Shown one piece after another: positions 1-12,800 of a stretch of DNA of 64,000 nt. The stretch lies in contig NC_134474.1 in NCBI RefSeq assembly GCF_964194025.1, positions 24,490,001 through 24,554,000 of the forward strand, written 5' to 3'. The number at the start of each line of letters is the position of its first letter. Position 1 is the stretch's first letter. A program made the translations under genes and the position numbers. The DNA comes from Convolutriloba macropyga (lineage: Eukaryota). The notes beneath the pieces are model-generated. The model was not told the origin of the DNA, ran no database searches, and was given only the letters and a program-made list of their open reading frames with translations.

Positions 1-393
1 GAAAGTCAAGATACAAAACTAATCTTAGAACCATGATTTACAGTGGGGGTCGCAAGGGTTACCCAATATGGTTTGCTTCTGCAAATCAGTCCTAAAGGGA
101 ACCATAAATGGAATGCATTTGCACTTTTCTAAGAATTTATTCACACTTCCGGAGATATCATAATCCGTTAATACATGCTGCAAAGATTTTACATCAATTA
201 ATCTAACTCTAATAATAGTTATCTAGAATCATCAGTTTGAACCGAGTATTGATTCACAGCATCATTTCTTTAAGATTCATTTATATCAGTATTGGTAACA
301 TGAATCAATTTAACTTCTGTCAGTTTAATTTGGTAAATTAAACCTTCTAATAATACTAAGTTTTTGTCTTTTACTCGAATCAAAATTCTAACA
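1..393 (-). repeat. 3' LTR of copia element (partial)
   Basis: Matches ~4937-5329 with about 18 substitutions counted by eye (~95% identity). Ends ...attctaaca on +, which is TG.. on the element strand. Confidence 0.95.
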
Positions 394-401
394 CCCCACT
401 C
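394..401 (-). promoter_or_regulatory. Polypurine tract of copia element
   Basis: Minus strand reads GAGTGGGG immediately before the TGTTAG start of the 3' LTR. Confidence 0.75.
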
Positions 402-3400
402 AGACTTGAGCTGATTGCGTAGAGTCTGTTCCCATCAAAACTGCTCTGAATGTTTCCACTTTCGGAACGGCTAAAGACTTTGTGAAGATGCCCGCTGCCA
501 TTTTGTCTGTAGGAACGTAATGAATTGAAATAATCCCATCCTCCGTCTTGTCCCGAATGAAGTGAAACTTTGTCTCGGTGTGCTTGTTCCTCTTGTGCAC
601 GACAAGGTTTTGGCAAAGTCTGATACAACTTTGGTTGTCCTCTCCAATTGCTATTGGATGTTTCTGATGGACGCCAAAATCCTCTAAAAGTTGTTTCACG
701 TAGAGTGATTCCTGTACTGCTGCTGCCATGCCCTGGTATTCTGCTTCTGATGAAGAAAGAGCAACTGTATCCTGCTTCTTGACACCCCAGCTGAGTGCTG
801 CGCCACGTCCGTTGAGCTAGAAGTAAAAACCCGTTGTTGATTTTTTGTCGTTCACATCTCCAGACCAGTCTGCATCACTTTCCCCCACTAAATCATAACT
901 AGACTCTTTTGTGTAAGTAAGTTTTAAACCTTTTGAACCTTGAAGATATCGCAGAAGTCGTTTTCCGCATAGCCAGTGTTGATTGGTAGGTGCGTTCATG
1001 TGCCTGGACAGAATGTTGACTGTGAACATGATGTCTGTTCTCGTCTGTTTGACCAGATGAAGAAGTGATCCAACCAAGCTTCTGTAGATCCTCTGGTCCA
1101 CTTCTTCGTCTCCGTTCTGTGCTGTCTGAAGTTTCAAACTCAAATCAGCTGGAGTTCTTGAGGGTTTGCATTGATCCATTTGAAACCGCTCAAGCATTAT
1201 TTCCATGTAGCGTTCGTGGTCGACTGTGGCTTTGCCCTCTTCTTGTCTGATTCTAAGGCCCCGAAACCAGTGTAGTATCCTTCTCTCTTCCATGTGAAAT
1301 GCTGCCTCTAGTGCCCTCTTGACATCGGAGATCACTGTCATACTTCCTGATGCTACTATGATGTCGTCAACCCAGACCAAGATGAAGGTGTGATCCTCTG
1401 TCTCTGATCTTGCGAACAAGCAGTGATCGTTCCTGCTTCTGGTGAACCCCTGTCTCACTAGAAAGTTTGCCAGCTCTTTGTACCAGTTGTTAGCAGCCTG
1501 TTTCAAACCATAATTTGAATTATTTAGTCAACATACTGACTTCTCCCCATCTGATCCGCGTTTTACAAACTCCTGTGGCTGTTCCAGATACACTTCTTCC
1601 TCGATTGGTGAGTGCAGGAAAGCAGTCTTGACATCAAATTGGTGCATCACATGGCCCTGCTTCGCTGATAGCTGAAGTAGAATCCTGAATGTCTCTGGCT
1701 TACAGGTGGGCGCAAAAGCCTCAAAGTAGTCCAGTCCTTCCACTTCTTTGAAGCCTTTCCCCACATAGCGTGCTTTGTATTTGTCGACTTGATAACTGGG
1801 TCCCAATTTCACTTTGTAGACCCATTTGCCCTGTATGACGTCCCTGTCTGTGGGTGGTCTCACTAGGTCCCAAGTCTTGTTGTCTTGGAGTGCCTTGACC
1901 TCGTCTTTCACTGCCCGGTACCACTGGTCCCATTCGTTAGCTTGCTTGGCTTCGTAGACTGTTTTGGGTTCCACATAGTCCCCCTCAGTCACAGCAAGAT
2001 GGGTCCTGACTTCTCCAAAGAATAGCGGAACATTCCTTGCTAGTGTCCCTCCTCTGGGCTCTGCCCTTTCCGCTTGCTCCAGTGCCCCTTCGAAGAAGCC
2101 AACTGTCTGCGAGAAGTCCTCCGTTTCACTGTCTTCCAGTGACTCAGAGTCTCTGAGACTCCCTCTTGTTGCAGTAGATTCTTCGTCCAGTGCTGCTTCC
2201 TCAACATCTGAGGCATCTTGTCTCAGTGTCGTTTCTTGAGTGTTCACGCTCTCTGCGTCATGCCACTCTTCCTTTATTGCAGTAGATGTGCCCTGCTCCT
2301 CCTTGTTGCCATCGTCTTGATGACCATTATCTGGGTGCCAGATCCCCAGTTGCTGTGACCCCTCATCTAGTAGGTCGGGCGTCTCTATGTTGTCAGGGAT
2401 TGAGCCCACTTTGGATTCCTTGATGATCACATCTCGAACTGCCACAACCGTAAGTGTGTTGGGTACGTCCACCAGGTATCCGTTGTCTCCTTCAGTGTAA
2501 CCCACAAACTTTCCTTCCAATGCCTTGGGTTCAAGTTTGCTGATATCTCTGTCCCGCTTTCTCATGAAGACTGTGCAACCAAAAATAGATAGTTTAATAA
2601 TTGAAAGCTTAGGTTTTATACCTCGCATCAGCTCTGCTGGGCATTTTTCTTCTCCTCGTCTCACAATCAAGTTCCTGATCCTTGTTGCGTGAAGATTTGC
2701 TGCTCCCCACATCATCTTGGGAAGTCCTTAGTCAATGAGGAAACATCTTGCCATCTCCAGCAGTGTCCTGTTGCACCTCTCAGCTAACCCATTCTGTTGT
2801 GGCGTCTCTGGTATGGTCTTCTCCTGTAGAATGCCTGCATCTAAGCAGTATGTCATGAACTGCTGTGAGAGAAATTCCTTCGCATTGTCTTGCCTCAGCT
2901 TCTTTGGCGTCCCCACACTGAGAACAAATTTCTTCAGGCTGGCCAGTGCTTCACTCTTTGCCTTGAGCAAATCCACAAACACAAACTTCGTGTACTGGTC
3001 TGCAAACACAATGCAGAACCGGAACCCTGGCAGTGAATCTACTCTGAAAGGTCCCATCACGTCTGTGAACACCCTCTCCAGCTTCTCTGCTGCTTGGGTC
3101 TCTGCCACTCTTGGTACTGGAGTCTTTGTTATCTTGGCCAATGCACACACATTGCATAAATCATCGAGTTCCTCCACTGTCTCTGGTGCATTCCTGACCA
3201 CATTCACTTGATTCAAATGACCCAATAGTCTGTGCCACTTCCTTGCACTGTCAAGTTTCACGCTGTTGGAACTCATCTTGAATTCTAGCACGCTGCAGGG
3301 TAAGTAAAACAAGTTACTTTCTTGTGTTAGTTTTACCCGAGTTCCCTTCTGGAGTTTCATGCAGCTGTTTCCTTTCTAAAAAGTGAAGCTATGTCCCCAC

Positions 3401-4583
3401 TCCGTGCATCTTGAGACTGATAGGAGGTTTGAAGACTAGTCCGGCACACACAAAACATTCTTGAGCTCGCATTGGAATTCCCCTTTGTTTGAGGGTATGC
3501 TGATTCTCGCACAGCCTCTGCCCACAACTCTGGAAGCCTCTCCGTTGGGATTTCTGACCACTGATTGAATGGGAACAAAGTCCAGGAACGCGTCGAGGTT
3601 TGTCACTATGTGATCTGTACAACCACCGTCCACTAGCATGCCTGCTGTCTTCCACTGGTTAAGAGCCGCCCAGCATTCCTCGTCTGGTGTAGCCATTGTT
3701 GGACCCATTGCCACTGACTCATGTTTGTCTCCATCTCTTTGTCTCTTGCATGCCTTGTCTAGGTGATCTTTGTCACCACATTTGCTGCATTGTGCTGTCT
3801 CCTTCCTCCTGCAGTCCTTGGCAAAGTGTCCAGGGATCCCACACACAAAGCAGTTTCCTTTCTTGGGTCCCTTCTTGAAGTCACGCTTCACTGCCAGTGC
3901 CACTGAACCACTTTGTCCCTTGTGCCTCTGTGCTGTGCTCTCATGGAAGTTCTGCAGCCTTTTCCTCAATTCTGTGAAGTTCGTTGCAGGGTTAAAGCTT
4001 TCCTGTATAACAAAATTTTCATACCTCATTGGCAGACCATTGAGGACCAAGGCGTTGAAGAGGGTCTCTCAGACTGCTTCCCCTGCTTCTTGTAGCCTTG
4101 TGAGCAACTCCTGTCCTCTGATGAAGAAGCTATCCAAATCCTCAGCATCCTCAAGCTGCAGTCGAGCAAGCTGTGCCACCAAAGTCACCACTGTCGGCGT
4201 CTCCACACTCTGAAATCTCTCTTGCAAAAGCTTCCAAGCCTTTGCTCCAACTCCGATGCCGTCATCTCCACACAGTCATGTCTCATCAGCATGAGGGTTG
4301 TTGCATCTAGAGTCAGTGCCAGATGGCACCACACATTGTTCCTTTTCCCCTTGATGTCTGCAACTTCCTTCCCATATGCATCCTTCAGCACCTTATGGCT
4401 CTTCTTTTCATCGTTGCTCGCCACATTGGCTAGTGGTGCAGGCTCTTTAGGTTGCTCCTCTGTCCCAGGTAGTGATTTGTAGAGTCCCTTCGTCTGCATC
4501 ATTGCAACAAATCTTGTGCTCCAGATTGGAAAGTCCTTTGCCTTTCCTGTGTAGGTAAGCAGCTTCACTGTCTGTTGATCCAT
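400..4583 (-). pseudogene. copia gag-pol polyprotein, disrupted
   Basis: Two CCHC knuckles (CFVCGIPGHFAKDC, CSKCGDKDHLDKAC), protease LVDGGCTDH, pre-integrase WHRLLGH..CNVC, integrase D-D-E (TDVMGP/QDNAKEF/GLAERCNRTL), RT (KWVYKVK, QFDVKTAFL, WVDDII), RNaseH (DADWSGD, EDNQS). ORFs 400/817/1528/2728/3436 share one frame separated by premature stops; one frameshift near 4270 in gag. Confidence 0.95.
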
Positions 4584-4699
4584 CGTAGTTTGAGCAGGCA
4601 AAACAGTTGTAAAAAGTAAAGGTACTAAGCAGAAAAGGATTATGACTGTCAACAACAAATTAGTTTTGTTTTAGAAATTAGTTTTAAAACTTAGAAAAT

Positions 4700-4715
4700 T
4701 GCTGGGCCCATAACC
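4700..4715 (-). promoter_or_regulatory. Primer-binding site complementary to the internal (anticodon-arm) part of tRNA-iMet
   Basis: Minus strand GGTTATGGGCCCAGCA abuts the 5' LTR. The + strand TGCTGGGCCCATAACC equals the initiator tRNA-Met anticodon arm (half-tRNA priming as in Drosophila copia). Confidence 0.9.
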
Positions 4716-5329
4716 TGTTGGCTTATGAACTTTCGCAAGCGGAATAAAAGAGTTTTTTTAACTAAGTAGAAAAATTAATTTCTCAAAATGAGAGAATAAC
4801 AAGAATGATATTTTACAGTAGAATTTAGAGATTTACAGGAGAGATCAGATTATTAGATTAAGATGGTGATTTGATTTTGGGGATGAAAAAAGACTCAAAA
4901 ATCAGCTGTATATATATATACCCATTATCAGTGTGAAGAAGTCAAGATACAAAACTAATCTTAGCACCATGATTTATAGTGGGGGTCGCAAGGGTTACCC
5001 AATATGGTTTGCTTCTGCAAATCAGTCGCAAAGGGAACCATAAATGGAATGCATTTGCACTTTTCTAAGAATTCATTCACACTTCCGGAGATATCATAAT
5101 CCTTTCATACATGCTGGCAAGATTTTACATCAATTAATCTAACTCTAATAATAGTTATCTAGAATCATCAGTTTGAACCGAGTATTGATTTACAGCACCA
5201 TTTCTTTAAGATTCATTTATATCAGTATTGGTAACCTGAATCAATTTATCTTCTGTCAGATTAATTTGGTAAGTTAAACCTTCTAATAATACTAAGTTTA
5301 AGTCTTTAACTCGAATCAAAATTCTAACA
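4716..5329 (-). repeat. 5' LTR of copia element (614 bp)
   Basis: TGTT...AACA termini; the right part duplicates positions 1-393. Confidence 0.95.
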
Positions 5330-5789
5330 TCGAACAAAGGTTGACAGCAGTTAACCTTGTATTGTGTTTTTTGTTACGTAACAAATGGAACCTGCCCAGA
5401 GTAGAGTTGCCAGAACCATGTGACCCTTTCTTGACTTTATCCTCGAATTAGACCGTGCTCGACTGAAATAACCTGTGATCTTCGTGAGACGCAAGAGATA
5501 GTGCGATCTTTATGCAACGGTAGCCGTCTCTGATTAGACAAAGCCATACTAAGCTGGCCTCGGGTCAAGACACAGTGCGACCGGGTTTTTTTGCTTCGCA
5601 TGCGATCCGAAATTTTGGAGTAATTTTAGAGCGCTCAACGCTCCCTCTGGATAGATAATCGGCCAGGATTGGACTTGTGCTCAAACTATTCTCTGATAAG
5701 TTTTTAAGTGATCTGAAATGGTATCAAATGTGCAGTTCCATTTTGCAGTACTGAACTTTAGTCTGAATACGGTACCCGGTTTGAATTTT

Positions 5790-6680
5790 TCCGCCCAAAA
5801 TGATGTAAGAGTGGGGCTGCAATGGGAAGATTTTTTAGGAAAATGCAGCTCAAAACTCTTACGTCTTTTTGGGCTGCATTGGGCTTCCAAGAGGGGTAAA
5901 ATGGTGTAAGAGTGAGGGGGTAAAAGACAAATTAACCCCCCACTCTTACATCTTTTTTGGTCTGTCAAGGGGGTAAAACGATGTAAGAGTTGGGGGTAAT
6001 TGAGAAATTACCCCCCAACTCTTACATCTTTTTTGGTCTGTCAAGGGGGGTAAAACGATGAAAGAGTTGGGGGGTAATTGAGAAATTACCCCCCAACTCT
6101 TACATCTTTTTTGGTCTGTCAAAGGGGGGTAAAACGATGTAAGAGTTGGGGGGTAATTTCTCAATTCCCCCAACTCTCACATCATTTTACCCCCCTTGAC
6201 AGACCAAAAAAGATGTAAGAGTTGGGGTAATTTCTCAATTACCCCCCAACTCTTACATCGTTTTAACCCCCTTGACAGACCAAAAAAGATGTAAGAGTGG
6301 TGGGTTAATATGTCTTTTAGGCACTCATTTTTACACCATTTTAACCCCCTTGGAAGCCCAATGCAGCCCAAAAGATGGCTACTTCAGTCAAGGGGGTTTT
6401 TTCTGAAAAGTCCTCCCATTGCAGCCCATTGCAGCCCACTCTTACATGGCAATTTCAGTCAGGAGGGTAATTCCTGAAAAGTCCTCCCACTGCAGCCCAT
6501 TGCAGTCCACACTTACATGGCAATTTTAGTCGGGGGTAGTTCCTGAAAAGTCCTCCCATTGCAGCCCAACTCTTACATTGTTTTACCCCGTCTGAACAAA
6601 TTACCCCCCACACTCTTACATCAACTTACCCCTCATAGACAAATTACCCCCCACTCTTACAACAAAATGGGAGGATTTTA
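5790..6680. repeat. Foldback-like palindromic minisatellite (78-bp self-complementary units)
   Basis: Unit AATTACCCCCCAACTCTTACATC-loop-GATGTAAGAGTTGGGGGGTAATT at 78-bp period. Three units are followed by two inverted units, with the switch at ~6150. Flanks 5866-5935 and 6300-6373 are mutually inverted. Confidence 0.85.
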
Positions 6681-6870
6681 GGGAGGACATTCGACACGGG
6701 TACTACATCTTGTTAATTGTGTGGCCAAATTAATTGACAAAGTTATTACCAATGTGAGTTTTAAGACGCCCTAAATTTTGTTGCGGAGTCAACAAAAACA
6801 ATGGTAATAAAAACAAAAACCAAATGAAAGCAGTCACTTATGTCTAGGTAATCAATTCTAATAAAAGACT

Positions 6871-7795
6871 AAAATTACATTGTTCTACCATCGAGGGTTT
6901 TATGCCAGCCAAGTTTTCTTATGCGTCGAAAAATGCGGGAAGTAAGCAACTCGTGTTTGCGGAAAAACGGACAAGGGTCCATGCTTTCTATATAATTCAC
7001 TTCTGACTCGATTGATATACAACATCCTCCAGGGCAAAGAAGGGGGCCAACAGAACATCGGAGATGTAGAGGATCAGTAAGCCATCTAAATTGCCAGGAA
7101 GAATATGCCGAGAAATATTGATTTAAAAAGTGAGCTTATCAGCCAAAATGCGTGCGAGGGCGGAGACTTGTGCTTACGTACGTGCCGTAAGCAGTTTTCA
7201 CCTTCACCAAATGGTGTCAACCATCTCGTCCGGAGTAGAATTCCAGAACAATTGCAAGAAGCCAAACTCCAAGTGTAGTCATTTCTTTTAAAATCCAAAC
7301 AACGCCATCGATTCTGAGTTGCGTCTGATCCCTGTCGCTCTGTTGAGGAATTTTTCACATTGTCGGCAGATACTCCTTGACGAGTTGTTTCATGAATTAG
7401 ATGACCGTTTGCAGCACATTTTCCACGACTTCAAGCTGGCAGGAATTTGGCTGTCAAACTTTTCTGGTGGTAGGGAATTGAGATGTCGATTAATCGAAAA
7501 ATTATTTGGCGTAAAAGGTATCTCTTTTTCGTGAATGTTGGCGACAGTGGTCAGTGGTCTGGAGTTCAATATCCCATCTGTTTTGACCAAAATGGTTTGA
7601 AACACATCAAGTGCCCCACACTTATGCACGCGTTAACTTGAATTAAAATTACACTGTTCTAGTCTTAAGAGTTTATATGGGCCAAGATTTTTATGCTTCG
7701 AAAATTGCGTTAAATAAGCAACTCGTTTTGGCGTAAATTTGAACAAGATTCAATGTTTTTTTTAATTCACTTCTCACCCGATTGATATACCACAC
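6871..7795 (-). mobile_element. BEL/Pao retrotransposon 3' remnant (integrase C-term/DUF5641-like) between two diverged ~150-bp direct repeats
   Basis: Peptides GILNSRPLT..FTPNNF (7390-7629) and VWILKEMTTLGVWPLA..VKVKTAYGTYV (~7170-7300). Repeats at 6871-7024 and 7645-7795 are possible LTR remnants. Confidence 0.75.
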
Positions 7796-8439
7796 AGTTT
7801 TTTTATGACAGAACACGTGGTCAGAAAATAAACGGAATTTGTTCTTTGACTTTCCTGTGACCATGTCTGGACAATTTGAGCGATCTTTTCCCACACTTTC
7901 GAATAATAGTCAAATTATTTTCAGATTTTGAGAATCTGATCAGATTTTTGTGCCCCTTCGGCTCAGTGGGTTCATAGTATTTGCATCCTACCAAACGCAA
8001 GTGCCATATTTTTACATAATAATTTAATATGCAATGGCTCGTGCTCTGTAACTGGGGGACGCATAACGTACGGGGGCGCAAGCGGAAAAGATCCGAATTT
8101 TGTTTGTGCAAGGCTCTAGTGCAAGCATTTCAGTTTCCAGTCCTTATAATTTGGGTTTCACTGTTCTCATGTGTTGTACTATCAGAGGTGCAATTGGTCT
8201 GGTGCCTCATTTTGCATATTAAAGACAAAAAAAATGGTGAGAGAAATTAAATCGCGGATTTAGTTTTTAGTTAGATTGAGAGAGAAACCGAACGTAAAAC
8301 GTATGTGCTGAAAATCATAATTGATCAGCGTATCCATGACCAGGGAGATGAGTTGTCGATGAACAAAAAGGATCAAGAGAATTGATTAAAAGAGATGCCC
8401 AAGTTCAAGAGCTATATATATGTAAATATTTAGAGTTTT

Positions 8440-8645
8440 TGTGTGTGAGTGTGCGTGATAGCATAAACCTCGGGTTTTACCGTCTTTAAGTGTGTATGTG
8501 TGCGTGTGTTCGTGTGCGCGCGTGTATGCGTGTATGTGTTTGAGTGTATGTGCGTGTACGTATGCGTGCGCGTGTATTTGTGTATGCGAGTTTGTATGTG
8601 AGTATGTGTGCGTGCGTGCGTGCGTGCGAGCATGTGTGCATCTAC
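8440..8645. repeat. Degenerate (TG/CG)n microsatellite
   Basis: Alternating purine-pyrimidine run; overlapping ORFs are low-complexity artefacts. Confidence 0.9.
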
Positions 8646-9328
8646 TGCCACGCATCTATGGCCAAAATAATGGGTAAATCAATTTTCTTCTATTGTAAAA
8701 GAAATTGTTTAGTACACTGTCTGTTTGACAGTCCCCTGGTTTGACTTCAATAGAGGAATTTTTACAAGTTTCAACTCAATATAAGTTGGCTACTGGTGAC
8801 ATCTTTATAATTCCTAAAAGAGATCACACTGATTTAAATTTTCAGATGATCTGAAACGGACCTAATTTCCTGCTCTTTTAAATCTCAAATAACTACCATT
8901 AGTTTTCATAAAATATTCCCAAGTATCAATCTAAAATACCGTCTATTACTTACTGTTATCTAAGCCGATATGAAAATTTTCTTTATATTTGCTTGCCTTG
9001 TAACCTTGGTGGGGCTTTCCTTTGCACACAACCATACTCAGGCTGCAAACGGCGAAGATAGACGTAAAAAGGTTGGGCATCCACTAACTCGGAGAACAAG
9101 ATTGCTTTGCAACATCTGGCACGATTCTGGTTGAATCTTGCAAGACTTTAAATGGTCTTGCAAAACTTTCCCCAAAAGTTTAAAATAAAGTGTTAAACAA
9201 TTGTGTGTACACTGCTGTTATTGTTGGGATTTTGAATTGAGGATGAACTTCTCGACTGGAATTCAAGATAAACTTCGGTTTTTACTTCGAATTCATGAAG
9301 TTCTAATTTTCTGACTAATATTAATTGA

Positions 9329-9863
9329 CCCAATGAACTGAAATTTGGCACACCTTGATAAGAAATGTAAGATCTTGACACTTCTTGCAAAACTTGAAAC
9401 ATCTTGCCAAGATCTTGAAACATCAACATTTCATGGTAAATCTTGATAAGATCTACGTAAGATCTTATCAAGAAAGAACACGAAAATTTCTTGACAGCTC
9501 TCGACAAAATCTTGACAAATCTTGATAATACTTATCATCTTTTCTGATCGCTGGTCGACGTATCTCGTCTTCAGAAAGGAAATCAAAGTCTTCTGAGAAT
9601 TCAACACACTAAATAAAGTTCATGTAAAAGTTCACTTTTGTTAAGAGAGAGTTAAGGTAATAATTATTGGTAAATCATATGAATTAGTGCTAAATTTTGT
9701 TTAAAGCTGCTTTTCAATTTTTACAACTTGGTATATCTTGCCATGTCTTGTTTCCTGGCAGCCATGCAAACATCTTGATATGTTCATGGCAAGTACCATG
9801 TCAAGATTTTGGCAAGATTTAGTATGTCTCTTATCAAGGTGTACCAAGTTTCAGTTCAGTGGG
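9329..9863. mobile_element. Non-autonomous DNA transposon (MITE), CMC/EnSpm-like termini
   Basis: ~35-bp TIR CCCA(A/C)TGAACTGAAA(T/C)TTGG(C/T)ACACCTTGATAAGA, flanked by GA on both sides (2-bp TSD); interior rich in ATCTTG/CAAGAT motifs. Confidence 0.75.
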
Positions 9864-12800
9864 GAACCATTATGTGGACGTTTGTAACAGAACGCAAATT
9901 TAGTTCAAAAATGCTGCAGGATTCGAAAAATCCCTCAGTAAAATTTACGACTCCAGAATTTGGCCAAACGTGAAAAAAGTCCAAACGCTTTTCCCCCTCT
10001 CCTAGTCACACTAAACCACAGTTCACTTTTGTCTACGGTTGCCTTTGCCCACAATTGGAACGAAATGCAAGAAAGCGTTATTGGTGATTAATTACAAAAA
10101 CGTCTTCTACAATACTGATTGTGGCTGTGACTACCCATATCCTGGTTCAAAAAACGATTGAGTCTCTGAATTGAATCTAAAGTAATTACCAAAAAAATTA
10201 GAGCAATAAAGTTTTAGGCTAAGTATATGCTCAAAATCGTAAACAGTGGTTACGTTTAAGTGCTTTTCATGCTTCTCCTCACTTATCTCCACTATTTACC
10301 TAACTTTAATTCATTGTTAATATAAAGGTGACGCCAAAAATTCAGTGACGAGGTACTGTCAGAGTTGTCCACGAAACCTTAAAACAGTCTCAGAAAAAAC
10401 AAATGCAGGGTTGCTAAGTAATGGACTATATAGTGTTTCAAGGATGGAATGTATCTCAACTTAAAAACACAAATTGTAGATCTTGTCTTTTTACATATTT
10501 ATGTGCTATATTGCGACTCATTGTTTGTGAACGGCGTCAAATACAAGTGAAAGCAAAATAGATTGGACGCCTGACCAAGTGGTCGCCTGAGCAAAAAGAA
10601 CTGCAATATTTTTTAGTTTTCTTGTCTTCTGGAAACAATGTTGAAAGCACTTTTAAATAAAAAAAAAGGTCATATATTAAAAGATCTTAGGAGCCCCAAT
10701 TTTAAATAATTTATTAACAACCCGTGAAGCAGAGCGTTTAGTTCAGGATATAAACTGAACTGAAATTTAAACTCTACATTTTTCAGAACCGTTAGGAAAA
10801 TGATAGAATGAAAAGTCGATAGAATGAAACTGATGTATCTGTAGGAAAATGATAGAATGAAACAGGTGTATGTGTGTATCATTTAAACGCATCTCGAAAA
10901 AATTTTCAGATAATTTTTTACTAACTTTTTAAAACTTAAGAATAACTTAGATTATTTTTTAGATTGAAGAAAAAGAGTTGGCTGAGATCACAATTCGAAA
11001 TGTGGTGAGACATGTGGAGCAAAATGTTAGTAATTTTGTTAGTAGATTTGTTAGTAAAAGCACTTATAAACACAGAAATTAAACGAACTGGAACCATATC
11101 GGGTTTCCTAATTTGAAAGTAACTACGACTATTTCATAACTTAGGTTCTTGTATCTTTTCCGCTATTTCCTTCTCCGGAGCGTTATGCACCGCGGGTTTA
11201 TAATTAAATGGGCACCCACTGTGTAGGGGGCACAAATTGAAAAGAATTTTGTAGGGGGCACAAAATGAAAAGATTTTTGTTTCAGGCCGGGGAAATTGCA
11301 AAGAATGCAGTAGAAGCTATGCATGAGTTCGAGAGCGCTAAAAACAAGGTATTTCTTTGATGACTTTTGACGCTGTAACTTTTTATCAAGTCACAAGAGT
11401 AAAAATGAAGTCCGAGTAAAAATGAAGTGACTTGAATGAAACTCTTTTAAGTCTTCAAGTCTTTTAATTTTTCATATTATTGGTTGCAGAAAACTAAAAG
11501 CTCAAGGCAGACTCCTAGTGATAGGTTTGAAAGAAAACGATTTACGGTTTTAAAAAAGGTTTTATAAGCAGTTAAATTCACTATCGAGTATTTATCTCTG
11601 CGCAGAGCTGCCGTCTTTGCCGTTTGAAAAGAAAATGCCTGTTATAGCATAAAAATCTATATAAATTTGTCTTTAATGGATGAGCGCATGTTGTAAAAGA
11701 ACCCTGAGCTGCTAAGAAGTGAAAACAAATCTTAAATCTTTAATAACAGTTACGATGCATTTATCTCTGAGCTCTTGATTAAAGTTTCTTAAGTTACCTT
11801 TCATTGCAAGACTAATAAAAACTAACGGTAATAACGATGAGAACCGTCGGATAGCATCAAGACTGGATTATGCAAGTAGCCATTATATTCTTGTTGATAA
11901 AAATTGTGTGATTGTTCGTTAACGTGCACAACGTGGATACATATTATGCAGAAAATCAACAAATGAATTGCTTGATCTCTAGTTAACACAACATTTCTGT
12001 GTTGGCATTCTCAATTCGTGATATTTCAGACAATCTATCAAATAAACATGGTTTCAACAGCTAAGCGGCCAACAAACTTGGCAAAATGTCGTGTAAATGG
12101 ACTGCTCACGTAAAATATTGCTAAGGAGCAGAAAAACAAGAATCCAAATGACGCAAGCCAAATACTTCGAAACAAATTTTAATCCAGCGAAGATGATGAA
12201 TTTTTATGGAAAATACGGATTCCGGAACCATGCGATGAATACTCTATAGTTCCTTTTCTTCAACTTCTATTCACGATGGTCCTTCAATTCAAATGGCTAA
12301 AACCTATAGTTTTAAGATGAAAAATAAGCCAGGAGGCTCGGTAATGTGCGTTTGCACCTGATGTTCCCACCACGTTCATCCATATTTTTGGCCTAATTGT
12401 CTACCAAATGAGGAACGGAACAAAAAATAAAATCAACTAAAATCATTTAGTAATGTAAATTATGCCAGATTAGTGGGCCAATGAGAACTGTCATTAATAA
12501 GACCACGAGACAAGAAACACAGGATTCAAATAACATCGAAAAACATTTACATCCAAGTTGATTTGTGTTTTTAGAAAAAAACTGCGTAAATACAAAAGTC
12601 AAACAAGCGTCAATTAAAACCTAAATTAAACAAATTAAATTTTTATCTGTAGAAAAAACATGCGACCAGTTCTTTATGCGACTCGGTAAAAAGTAGACAA
12701 ATAATTTTAATTAATTAGATATAAATTGAAATCTTATAAAAGGTTAGTGTTCATTCATACCTCAATATGAAGACATTGAGACTTTCCGTTATCCAGAATA

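Larger units (their letters stand above)
1..5329 (-). mobile_element. Ty1/copia LTR retrotransposon, decayed; 3' LTR truncated by the window start
   Basis: Domain order gag-PR-IN-RT-RNaseH on the minus strand, paired LTRs (1-393 and 4716-5329), PBS and PPT present. Confidence 0.97.

Noticed and set aside
1065-4482. Plus-strand ORFs within the copia element
   Set aside because: Antisense to gag-pol, with no independent coding signal.
4584-4658. Signal-peptide-like leader on copia gag
   Set aside because: Arises from a non-ATG start call in the T-rich 5' UTR; gag most plausibly starts at ATG 4583.
5930-6300. CRISPR-like repeat-spacer appearance
   Set aside because: The intervening segments are identical rather than unique, there are no cas genes, and the context is eukaryotic; it is a minisatellite.
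8386-8744. His/Thr- and Cys/Val-rich ORFs (also 31447-31984)
   Set aside because: Translations of (CA/TG)n microsatellites.
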